NCBI GenBank assembly: GCA_049322215.1
Contig: JBMORU010000001.1
Span: 580,023 to 644,022 of the forward strand
Reading direction: 5' to 3'
DNA length: 64,000 nt
Source of the DNA: Patescibacteria group bacterium
GTDB lineage: Bacteria > Patescibacteriota > WWE3 > UBA101185 > UBA10185
The notes under the pieces are model-generated. The model was not told the DNA's origin. It ran no database searches and saw only the letters and a list, made by a program, of their open reading frames with translations. Made by a program: the position numbers and the translations under genes. This document shows, in pieces, positions 39,875-47,480 of this stretch. The stretch's first letter is position 1. Each line of letters starts with the position of its first letter.

Positions 39875-40411
39875 TTAATCCTCAGACATTAAAGCAATTT
39901 CGGCACCCGTGAAAGTTCTTGTGTAGAGTCTTCCTCTTTGGTCTTTTGCAAAAACAGTGATTGAATCTTCTTGGGAAATTGATTCTATAGATAGGTGTAT
40001 TACCCCGTTGTCGTGAACGTGATTTGTTCCTACCATTGCTGTGATAATGCTACCTGCAAATTCTGTTGTGAGCGTACTATCTGTAATGTTGGCATTTTCA
40101 ACCCAGTACTCGGTGATTCCTGACTGGCTATACAACAGAATATCTATCCAGCCGGTGCTTTCCAGTTGAATGTCTTCGTCCATATCTCCTGTTGCTATTG
40201 ACATGTTGTTGGTAAACACATCTATCATCATTTGTGGTTCAAAAATCCAAGTATGTCCGCCGTCCGCTTGTTTCATTTGCAGCCAAAACATATTACCCGT
40301 ATCTACAGACGCATGCGGCCCCATTTGGTTGAGGACTGTGTTAAGCATAAATAATGCCAAAGCTAGCAGTGCCGCTAGTCCCGTTATAGTTCTAACGTCT
40401 TTTTTATTCAT
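39875..40411 (-). CDS. Hypothetical secreted or membrane-anchored protein
   Basis: 178 aa with a signal or anchor (ITGLAALLALALFMLNTV). No motif recognised. Confidence 0.45.
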   Translation of the reverse strand: MNKKDVRTITGLAALLALALFMLNTVLNQMGPHASVDTGNMFWLQMKQADGGHTWIFEPQMMIDVFTNNMSIATGDMDEDIQLESTGWIDILLYSQSGITEYWVENANITDSTLTTEFAGSIITAMVGTNHVHDNGVIHLSIESISQEDSITVFAKDQRGRLYTRTFTGAEIALMSED

Positions 40412-40474
40412 AAGACTCTCCTTTGTTATTTGTTTTCAGGTATTTTAACACACATTATAACGCATATTATAGGT

Positions 40475-41734
40475 TTAATGTTTTAAAAAGCTGCTTATTT
40501 TACCCTTTGTGTTATCTGCTTGCAGTGTATCAGCCGTTACAATTGTAAATTCCCCAAATTTGTTGTTTATTAAATCAGAAGTTTTAATAAGTTTCTCGTT
40601 TCTTTGGTATTCTGGTAGCAAATACAAAGGTAAACTCTTTTTTTTTATTAAATTACTTATGCTTACCCCTACTAGTCTTGTTTCCCTATTCCAGTGCATG
40701 TTGGCTAAAATTTTAACGGTGGTGTCGTATATTACTTTTCCATCTTCTGTATAAGTAGCTATCGTGAAATCTTGATGGTATCCTTTTTTACTAGCATCTC
40801 TTAAGTACAACGAAATTGTTTTACCTGCCATTTTGTTTCTACGCAGCCTTCTTGCCACCATTTCCGAAAGTTTTCTCAAGTTGCGCTTAATAATTTGTAA
40901 ATCTTTTGTGTTTTTATTAAGAGTGTGTTGATGTCCTATTGATTTAGGGGCTTTTTTGATCTCGGCTTTACTAACCCTGCTGTAATCTACCCCATAACTT
41001 AAGTTTTTTAGAAATGCGCTTTCTACATTACCAAACGCTTTATAAAGAGTTTCTATATCTATATTTTGGAGATCACATACTGAATAAACACCTAAATTAT
41101 TTAGTCGATATTCAATTTGTCTTCCTATACCACAAAAATCCCTAAGTGATGCTTTTTCCAGTATTGAAAGTAAATTTTCTTGGGTGACTTCTACAATGCC
41201 ATTTGGTTTTTCCATATCAGATACTAATTTAGCTATTAACTTATTTGGGGCGATACCTATTGAGCATGTTATATAAGGGCCAAACTTTTTTTTGACTTTA
41301 TTTTTTATGTCTAAGGCAATAGCTTTAGATGACTCAAAGTTTTTTAGGATGTGCGTAATATCTAAAAATGCCTCATCTATACTGAATGGTTCTATCAAAT
41401 CGGTATACTCATTAAAAATCTTTAAACTTTCTTTTTGAATATATGTGTATTTAGTTCCATCTCCTTTAACCGGCAATATGTTGGGACACAATTCTTTTGC
41501 TTTAAATAAGGGCATACCAGTTTTTACCCCAAAAACCTTTGCTTCTTTTGAAGCGGCGCATATTATAGCTCGGCTTAAAGAACTTCCAGTTATGCCAATA
41601 GGTTTGTTCCTCAAAAAAGGATTAGCTTGCTGTTCTACAGAAGCAAAAAAAGAGTCGTAATCTATATGTAGTATGACTCTATTTTTTGTATTTTTTTGCC
41701 TTAAGTTTGTATTTTTGTTTAATGTTGGGAACAT
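40475..41734 (-). CDS. dinB: Y-family (DinB/UmuC-like) translesion DNA polymerase
   Basis: ILHIDYDSFFASVEQ, the catalytic Asp-containing motif of Y-family polymerases, and SIDEAFLDIT. 419 aa. Confidence 0.8.
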   Translation of the reverse strand: MFPTLNKNTNLRQKNTKNRVILHIDYDSFFASVEQQANPFLRNKPIGITGSSLSRAIICAASKEAKVFGVKTGMPLFKAKELCPNILPVKGDGTKYTYIQKESLKIFNEYTDLIEPFSIDEAFLDITHILKNFESSKAIALDIKNKVKKKFGPYITCSIGIAPNKLIAKLVSDMEKPNGIVEVTQENLLSILEKASLRDFCGIGRQIEYRLNNLGVYSVCDLQNIDIETLYKAFGNVESAFLKNLSYGVDYSRVSKAEIKKAPKSIGHQHTLNKNTKDLQIIKRNLRKLSEMVARRLRRNKMAGKTISLYLRDASKKGYHQDFTIATYTEDGKVIYDTTVKILANMHWNRETRLVGVSISNLIKKKSLPLYLLPEYQRNEKLIKTSDLINNKFGEFTIVTADTLQADNTKGKISSFLKH

Positions 41735-42005
41735 CGTTTAACTTGTAATCTTTTACAAACCCTTCAGAATAAACTTCTTTTATACGCCATAACAAATGTT
41801 TTGTATTAAAAGTTAATTTGAAAGCCTCGTTTTTAGTTGAAACCGCAAAGTGGTATAAAAGACTATCTCCTTCTTTTGAAGTATGTATAAAATTAATATC
41901 TTTAATTTCGTAGTCAGTACCTTTCCAGGTAAAGTACAGTGGTATTGCACCTGCATAAGTGAAGTTTACAAGTATTTCTATAGGGTCATTAACTCTTTCA
42001 AACAT
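41679..42005 (-). CDS. Small protein encoded immediately upstream of the Y-family polymerase and overlapping it by 56 nt; possibly YolD-like (UmuD-analogue)
   Basis: 108 aa with a Lys-rich C-terminus. The position (small gene fused in an operon with a umuC/dinB-type gene) matches Gram-positive yolD/yqjX-type genes. The ATG lies 5 nt downstream of a TATATA -10 box, so the mRNA is probably leaderless. Confidence 0.45.
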   Translation of the reverse strand: MFERVNDPIEILVNFTYAGAIPLYFTWKGTDYEIKDINFIHTSKEGDSLLYHFAVSTKNEAFKLTFNTKHLLWRIKEVYSEGFVKDYKLNDVPNIKQKYKLKAKKYKK

Positions 42006-42011
42006 ATATTA

Positions 42012-42040
42012 TATATACCCGAAACTAACCCGAATGTAAA
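42012..42040 (-). promoter_or_regulatory. Promoter with TTCGG direct repeats in the spacer (candidate SOS operator) for the yolD-like/polymerase operon
   Basis: Read on the minus strand: TTTACA - TTCGGGTTAGTTTCGGG (17 nt) - TATATA. The same architecture is present at lexA. Confidence 0.5.
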
Positions 42041-42109
42041 TATTTATTCTTGCTTTTTTTAAGTTTTTAACCTATATAATAGTAAAACCTCAATCAAAGG
42101 AGACAAATA

Positions 42110-42361
42110 ATGAGCAATAAAGTTATTAGGTATTTTTGGGCTAAGCTTGGAAGTGCCGATACGGTGCAGCACTTGTTGCAGAAAAATCGTTTGACCAGTG
42201 ACATTGAAATACTACCACCAACGCCTGCTTTTGATCCAAAGCATCAGCCGGTACGCTTTATGCACGATACCACAATGCCGTTTAATTTTGATGTAGAAGC
42301 AATGGCGCCACATACAGTAGACAGTGCCAAAATACACGATACTTCTTATAGAAGCTATTAG
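42110..42361 (+). CDS. Small protein, family A paralogue 1 (unknown function)
   Basis: 83 aa with SD aaaggagacaaataATG. It is 35-40% identical to the next ORF (MSN..Y.WA..G.A..V..LL.K....EI.PP..FDP..QPV.F.....PFN.D....T.D.A.IH). Confidence 0.5.
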   Translation: MSNKVIRYFWAKLGSADTVQHLLQKNRLTSDIEILPPTPAFDPKHQPVRFMHDTTMPFNFDVEAMAPHTVDSAKIHDTSYRSY

Positions 42362-42375
42362 CAAGGAGGTTACTC

Positions 42376-42633
42376 GTGTCAAATATTGATTTTGGTTATT
42401 TATGGGCGAGTATTGGGAATGCTAACAAAGTACGTGATTTATTAAATAAGCACGTTCAAGCGTCTGGTGTTGAAATAATGCCCCCAGAACTTGGCTTTGA
42501 CCCACCATATCAACCTGTGGAGTTTTGTTACAACAGAAGCATACCGTTTAACCTCGATAGGTCAGTTTTTGGGCCGTATACCATAGATAACGCACGCATT
42601 CACTCGGGTACAAGAAAAGTCAAAAGATCCTGA
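42376..42633 (+). CDS. Small protein, family A paralogue 2 (unknown function)
   Basis: 85 aa with a GTG start and SD caaggaggttactcGTG. Tandem paralogue of 42110..42361. Confidence 0.5.
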   Translation: MSNIDFGYLWASIGNANKVRDLLNKHVQASGVEIMPPELGFDPPYQPVEFCYNRSIPFNLDRSVFGPYTIDNARIHSGTRKVKRS

Positions 42634-42638
42634 CTTGA

Positions 42639-42690
42639 GTTGCTGCTAATTGGTTTTAAAATTGATTAGCAGCAATTTAATTATTGACAC
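42639..42690 (+). terminator. Stem-loop (probable terminator) after the family A pair
   Basis: TTGCTGCTAAT / 15-nt loop / ATTAGCAGCAA forms an 11-bp stem followed by TTTAATTATT. Confidence 0.45.
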
Positions 42691-42699
42691 CGACTTTAT

Positions 42700-42866
42700 A
42701 TCATTATAGATTCAAACTAGTTTAAACTACGACGGCCTTTGGAAAGCCAGAGTTTTAATTTAATATTAAGCGGACTGTTTACAGTCAAGCGGGGTGGAAC
42801 CGCGCAAGTTTACACTTTCGTCCCCGAATTTATATAATAGATTTGGTGGTAGATAAGTGTTTTTTT
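42700..42866 (+). promoter_or_regulatory. Putative T-box riboswitch-like leader of glyQS
   Basis: GGGTGGAACCGCG at 42792..42804 matches the T-box core GGGUGGNACCGCG at every defined position. A GGC (Gly) codon lies in a small hairpin GGCCUUUGGAAAGCC upstream. No canonical terminator U-tract was found, only a CGGGG/CCCCG helix. Confidence 0.4.
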
Positions 42867-44339
42867 ATGTCTGAAATAACTCTTCAAAAAATAGTAGCTC
42901 TAGCTAAGCGCCGTGGATTTGTATTTCCGGGTTCGGAAATATATGGCGGACTTGCTAACACCTATGATATGGGACCTTTAGGGGTTGAATTACTTCGTAA
43001 TATTCAAAATTCCTGGTGGAAAACTTTTGTGCATAATAGAGAAGATATAGTTGGTTTAGATACAAGTATTTTGATGTCTCCTCGTGTTTGGGAAGCCTCT
43101 GGTCACACGCAAAGCTTTACTGATGTACTAATCGATTGTAAAGAATGTAAAACACGCACTAGAGCAGATCACTTGATTGAAGACTGGTTTGCGGAGTCAA
43201 AGCGGGAGCTTGCCCGTAATGATGAAAAAGGTAAGGGGACTTATGTTGCGCATGTGGAAACCGAGGTAGGGTCTTTAAATGCCGCGCTAGATTCTAGTGC
43301 TGAAATTAACCAATCTGTCGAAGGACTTTCCCCAGAAGAATTAGAAAAAATAATTAAAACAAACAAAATAACATGTCCTTCATGCAAGAAACTTAATTGG
43401 ACTAAACCTCGCGCATTTAATTTATTATTTGAAACAAATGTGGGAATAGTAGAAGAAAGTCAGTCAAAAGTTTATTTGCGAGGAGAAATAGCTCAAGGAA
43501 TGTTTGTAAATTTTAAAAATGTGCTAGATACTGTGCGTCCTAAACTACCTTTTGGTATTGCTCAATCAGGTAAAGCCTTTAGAAATGAAATAACTTTAGG
43601 TAATTTTATATTTAGAACTCTTGAATTTAACTTAGCCGAATTTGAATACTTTATAGACCCTAAAGAATCTTCATGGGAAGAAGTTTTTGAATACTGGCAG
43701 GATGAAGTAAAAGCTTGGGTTTTGTCATTAGGTATAGACAGCAAAAAACTTAAATGGCGTCCACATACAGATGAAGAGCGTGCACATTATTCTACAAGAA
43801 CAGAAGATATAGACTTTGAGTTTCCAATGGGTTTTAAAGAAATGGCTGCAGTTGCATATAGAACTGATTACGACCTACGCAATCACATGGAAAAATCAGG
43901 CCAGGATATGCGCTACACAAACCCTCAAACCGGTGAAAAATTTATACCACACGTTATAGAACCTACCTTTGGTATTAATCGCGTGTTTTTAGCTTTACTG
44001 GTAGATGCTTATGCAGAAGAAGAAAATAGAACAGTTTTAAAACTCGATCCTAAAATTGCACCTTATAGAGCAGCGGTGTTTCCTTTAGTACGAAATAAAC
44101 CTGAAATTACCGATTATGCACGCAAAGTGTTTTCACAACTTTCCAACATCGTAAACGTTGCTTGGGATGATCGTGGTAATATAGGTAAGCGCTATTTAAG
44201 CCAAGATGAAATTGGAACCCCATATTGCATAACTGTTGATTATGATACTTTACAGGACAACTCCGTTACAGTAAGGCATAGAGATACAACCAAACAAGAA
44301 CGTGTCTCAGTAGATAATCTCATTAAGTACATTAGCTAA
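42867..44339 (+). CDS. glyQS: Glycine--tRNA ligase (class II, single-chain alpha2 type)
   Basis: IVALAKRRGFVFPGSEIYGGLANTYDMGPLGVELLRNIQNSWW and the class II motifs. The start was placed at the ATG at 42867 (MSEITLQ) rather than the listed TTG at 42843. Confidence 0.85.
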   Translation: MSEITLQKIVALAKRRGFVFPGSEIYGGLANTYDMGPLGVELLRNIQNSWWKTFVHNREDIVGLDTSILMSPRVWEASGHTQSFTDVLIDCKECKTRTRADHLIEDWFAESKRELARNDEKGKGTYVAHVETEVGSLNAALDSSAEINQSVEGLSPEELEKIIKTNKITCPSCKKLNWTKPRAFNLLFETNVGIVEESQSKVYLRGEIAQGMFVNFKNVLDTVRPKLPFGIAQSGKAFRNEITLGNFIFRTLEFNLAEFEYFIDPKESSWEEVFEYWQDEVKAWVLSLGIDSKKLKWRPHTDEERAHYSTRTEDIDFEFPMGFKEMAAVAYRTDYDLRNHMEKSGQDMRYTNPQTGEKFIPHVIEPTFGINRVFLALLVDAYAEEENRTVLKLDPKIAPYRAAVFPLVRNKPEITDYARKVFSQLSNIVNVAWDDRGNIGKRYLSQDEIGTPYCITVDYDTLQDNSVTVRHRDTTKQERVSVDNLIKYIS

Positions 44340-44359
44340 ATATTTCTTTTACTCAATCT

Positions 44360-45748
44360 ATGGAAAGTAAAGTATTACAAGCAAAAAATTTCGCTGCTGC
44401 GTTTCATAAAGACCATATAAGGATTTCAGGGGAAAGCCTTTATGATCATCTTTTAAGAGTTTTTAATAAACTTGAAGATTCAGGTGTAACTAATGAAGAC
44501 ATTTTAGCAGCATCACTGCTTCATCATATAAATGAGTATTCGCCAAAAAAGGAGTTTCTACTAAATGAGTTTGGGCATAGAGTTTTAGAAATTGTAACCG
44601 TTTATAACAAATTATCTAGTTACCATGTAGAACTAAACACGCCAAGAAAGTTTAATGAAAAATTTATTATTCAAACTTTTTTAAATTTAGCCCGCGATTT
44701 AGACGTTTTAGCAATTAGATTTGCGGACAGAGCCGATAATGTGGAAACTTCCTATGTATTTCCTAAAGAAAAACGTAAGGATATTGCGCTAAGAGCAATG
44801 AATATATACTCACCTATATGCCGGTTTTTAGGCTTAAATAATTTTGTAAAAAGTATGGAAAATGAGTCTTTTAAAATTTTACAACCTTCTGATTACCATA
44901 AAATAAAAAGATATGTAGAACAGTTACGTCCAGATGTTGAAGATTTTTTCGAAGATGCGGAAAACGTTTTGATATCTTTATTGGGGGAAAAACAAATTAG
45001 CGCTCAGGTTTATAGTAGATTTAAGCATTATTATTCTATATATAGAAAATTTAAAAAACTGTATACGCGTGGTGAAGTAAAAAATATTAATGCAATGAGT
45101 GCTTACGATTTGGCAGCCTTGCGTGTAATAGTTGACCGTGTTGAGCATTGTTATGAGGTAGAGGATGTTTTAAGCACCCTTTGGGATCCAGTTTCCACGA
45201 CTAGAGATGATTACATTCAAAGCCCAAAACCAAATGGTTATAAATCTTTGCAATGCTCGTATAAAGTAGCACATGCTTTTAATGCAGAATTTCAAATTCG
45301 TACAAAAGATATGCACGAACACAACGAATTTGGTTTAGCAAGTCATGCTTTTTACAAAATTGGTACAAGTTTTAAAGAAAATCTAGAAAAAGACCCAACT
45401 TGGTTAAAAAAACTAAACTATTGGGAAACTGAAGCTATAAATAAAGAACTAGAGCATAAACCTGTTGCGAACAAGATTTATATATTTAGTCCAAAAGGTG
45501 ATATTTTTGAGCTTCCCTGCGGTGCCTTGGTTTTAGATTTTGCTTATGCACTTCATGCTGACATTGGGCATGGCTGTGTTGGTGCTACAGTAAATGGAAA
45601 AATAGCGAAAATAACAGACCGTCTAACCGATGGAGACACCGTTGAAATTAAAGTTTCTAAAAGTAAACGAATGCCAAGCAAAGACTGGTTAGAGGTTGTA
45701 CAAACAAAAAAAGCTAAAGCGTTAATACGAAAAAGATTAAAAAAATAG
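44360..45748 (+). CDS. rel: Short RelA/SpoT homologue with HD hydrolase, (p)ppGpp synthetase and TGS domains, no ACT/C-terminal regulatory region
   Basis: HD region ...SGESLYDHLLRV...AASLLHHINEY. Synthetase motif YSIYRKFKKLY...NAMSAYDLAALRVIV. TGS region IYIFSPKGDIFELPCGALVLDFAYALHADIGHGCVGATVNGK. Only 462 aa. Confidence 0.7.
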   Translation: MESKVLQAKNFAAAFHKDHIRISGESLYDHLLRVFNKLEDSGVTNEDILAASLLHHINEYSPKKEFLLNEFGHRVLEIVTVYNKLSSYHVELNTPRKFNEKFIIQTFLNLARDLDVLAIRFADRADNVETSYVFPKEKRKDIALRAMNIYSPICRFLGLNNFVKSMENESFKILQPSDYHKIKRYVEQLRPDVEDFFEDAENVLISLLGEKQISAQVYSRFKHYYSIYRKFKKLYTRGEVKNINAMSAYDLAALRVIVDRVEHCYEVEDVLSTLWDPVSTTRDDYIQSPKPNGYKSLQCSYKVAHAFNAEFQIRTKDMHEHNEFGLASHAFYKIGTSFKENLEKDPTWLKKLNYWETEAINKELEHKPVANKIYIFSPKGDIFELPCGALVLDFAYALHADIGHGCVGATVNGKIAKITDRLTDGDTVEIKVSKSKRMPSKDWLEVVQTKKAKALIRKRLKK

Positions 45749-45751
45749 GGC

Positions 45752-45779
45752 TAATTGTTTAGTTTTATGTAAACAATTA
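45752..45779. terminator. Bidirectional stem-loop between rel (+) and the small membrane gene (-)
   Basis: TAATTGTTTA-gttttatg-TAAACAATTA forms a 10-bp stem. A U-run follows on the minus strand only. Confidence 0.5.
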
Positions 45780-45791
45780 ACCCTTATGTTA

Positions 45792-46193
45792 TTAGCGTTT
45801 AAATATCTTGAGTGCAATGACAAACGTCATACTGGATCCTGTGGTTATTGCACCTCCAACGGCTACCATGAGCGTTGTGAATAAAATCACGTTTGGCCGT
45901 GCAAATGATGCCACTAGGTCTGCGCGCCCATCCAGTTGGCTAAGAGCAGCATCCGCTACGGTAAAACTTATACCTGCAAACATAATGTTGAGTATCAGCC
46001 CAACCAAAAATAATATTGCAGCTACCACGAATGTAATGCCCGCATAATATGCTACTTGTGCCCCTTTTTCCACTGCTTCTGCAATGCCTTTTTTGAAGCC
46101 TACAAGCGCAATGTATACTAGGACAAGTGTAGGAATGCCCATTGTTGCCAGCAAAATTTCTCCCACTGCCCACCAACGAATGTAATAATCCAT
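45792..46193 (-). CDS. Small integral membrane protein (unknown function)
   Basis: The start was moved to MDYYIRWW (SD aaggagaaacacaaaaATG), which removes the 58-nt overlap with the next gene. Three or four TM helices. Confidence 0.45.
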   Translation of the reverse strand: MDYYIRWWAVGEILLATMGIPTLVLVYIALVGFKKGIAEAVEKGAQVAYYAGITFVVAAILFLVGLILNIMFAGISFTVADAALSQLDGRADLVASFARPNVILFTTLMVAVGGAITTGSSMTFVIALKIFKR

Positions 46194-46222
46194 TTTTGTG
46201 TTTCTCCTTATTTTTATTCGTT

Positions 46223-46534
46223 TTAGTTTATTTGTTTGTTTGCAAAGATTCTGTGACAAAATTTTGTGACTAAGTTCCAAAATAGCGCTGTTAGCGAATT
46301 AAAAAACATAGTTACTGTAAAGAATGTCCAGAAAATTAAATCGCCCCACGAAAATTCTACTACAAAAATTTTTGCGACGATTATACCAACAATTGCAAGC
46401 CCTGAACCTTTTATTGCGAAAAAAGCTAAGTTTTTTGCTTCTTCGCATTTACCTTGAATTACGCTTAAATACACGTAAATTCCGGAATACAGGGCATTAG
46501 CAGCAAAAACTATAAGTAAGTCTAAAATGGTCAT
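46223..46534 (-). CDS. Small integral membrane protein (unknown function)
   Basis: 103 aa with 3 TM helices and SD aaggagcgaaATG. Confidence 0.45.
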   Translation of the reverse strand: MTILDLLIVFAANALYSGIYVYLSVIQGKCEEAKNLAFFAIKGSGLAIVGIIVAKIFVVEFSWGDLIFWTFFTVTMFFNSLTALFWNLVTKFCHRIFANKQIN

Positions 46535-46595
46535 TTCGCTCCTTATTTAACCTATAGTTTATCAATTATACTCCTAATAAAGTTTTTAGTAAAAT

Positions 46596-46641
46596 TGAAA
46601 AAAAGAGCCGATAACTCTTTAATAGTAGATTATCGGCTCTA
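46596..46641 (-). terminator. Rho-independent terminator for the 46639..46854 gene
   Basis: AGAGCCGATAA...TTATCGGCTCT forms an 11-bp stem, followed on the minus strand by TTTTTTTCAATTTT. Confidence 0.6.
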
Positions 46642-46854
46642 TTTACTGACTTTTATGACAATAGAAATCAGCGCTATTATTATTAAACCAGTTAAGAAAC
46701 TTCCAAAATTTAGAAACAACATTCCAATCCAGTTAAACATTGGTGCGATGCTTCTTTCTACCAATACGTTGTCGATAACTGGTATTACAAGTGTAAAAAA
46801 CAAAAAAGTTAATACGCCTGCTAGCCCATAATCTATTAAACGCCAGTTTCTCAT
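46639..46854 (-). CDS. Small integral membrane protein (unknown function)
   Basis: The start was moved to MRNWRLIDYG, preceded by aaaaggagaaaacaaATG. Two TM helices. Confidence 0.4.
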   Translation of the reverse strand: MRNWRLIDYGLAGVLTFLFFTLVIPVIDNVLVERSIAPMFNWIGMLFLNFGSFLTGLIIIALISIVIKVSK

Positions 46855-46919
46855 TTGTTTTCTCCTTTTAGTATTTGCTTGTAGTATAGCATTTTCGGGT
46901 TCTGTTTGTATTGACAATG

Positions 46920-47040
46920 GATGCTCTATGGTGGAATATGGATAACATATGGTGAACTGTGGTGAAAGAGCCTTTAGTCTTTGAACTGCCTTTAAAGACT
47001 GTGATCTATCGATCTAACTGCCTCAGGCTCTTTCAACCCC
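46920..47040 (+). promoter_or_regulatory. dcw-cluster control region with helically phased ATGGTG/GTGGTG direct repeats (candidate MraZ boxes) and nested inverted repeats
   Basis: ATGGTGG (46928), ATGGAT (46938), ATGGTGA (46949) and GTGGTGA (46959) are spaced at 10-11 bp. Inverted repeats GGTGAAAGAGCC/GGCTCTTTCAACC and AGTCTTT...AAAGACT are also present. Confidence 0.5.
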
Positions 47041-47058
47041 ATTCATGAAAATACGATT

Positions 47059-47469
47059 ATGAGAATGTTTCTTGGGGAATACAATCCAAATATTACCGAA
47101 GGTTCTCGTTTAGCACTGCCCAAGAAACTACGAGATCAAATTACAGGTGATGAAGTTATCCTTTCTAGAGGGTTTGAAAAGTGTATTTTCATTTATGCAA
47201 AAGAAGATTGGGTAAACGAAGCATCAAAGCAAATTGAAAATCCTATAACTGATATTCGAACACGAGATTTAAAGCGTTATATGTATGCATCTGCTGCAGA
47301 ATCTTCTATAGATACCCAAGGACGCTTAGTAGTTCCAGCAAATTTAAAAGAGTATGCAGGTCTTTCAAAAGAAACGGCCGTAATTGGTGCTGGTGACCAT
47401 ATAGAAATTTGGGATGCAAGTTATTGGAAGACTCACTTAGAAAAAATTTCGAGGGATTTAGCTGCCTAA
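47059..47469 (+). CDS. mraZ: Transcriptional regulator MraZ
   Basis: MFLGEYNPNITEGSRLALPKKLRDQI...GRLVVPANLKEY is the duplicated MraZ fold signature. It is the first gene of the division cluster. Confidence 0.85.
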   Translation: MRMFLGEYNPNITEGSRLALPKKLRDQITGDEVILSRGFEKCIFIYAKEDWVNEASKQIENPITDIRTRDLKRYMYASAAESSIDTQGRLVVPANLKEYAGLSKETAVIGAGDHIEIWDASYWKTHLEKISRDLAA

Positions 47470-47480
47470 TTTCAATTCAA

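Noticed and set aside
42843-42866. TTG start for glyQS as listed in the ORF track
   Set aside because: The conserved GlyRS N-terminus begins at the ATG at 42867 (MSEITLQKIV...). The upstream 8 codons are non-conserved and overlap the leader.
46595-46831. Plus-strand 78-aa ORF between the small membrane genes
   Set aside because: It overlaps a better-supported minus-strand gene (with SD) and a terminator hairpin. No SD.
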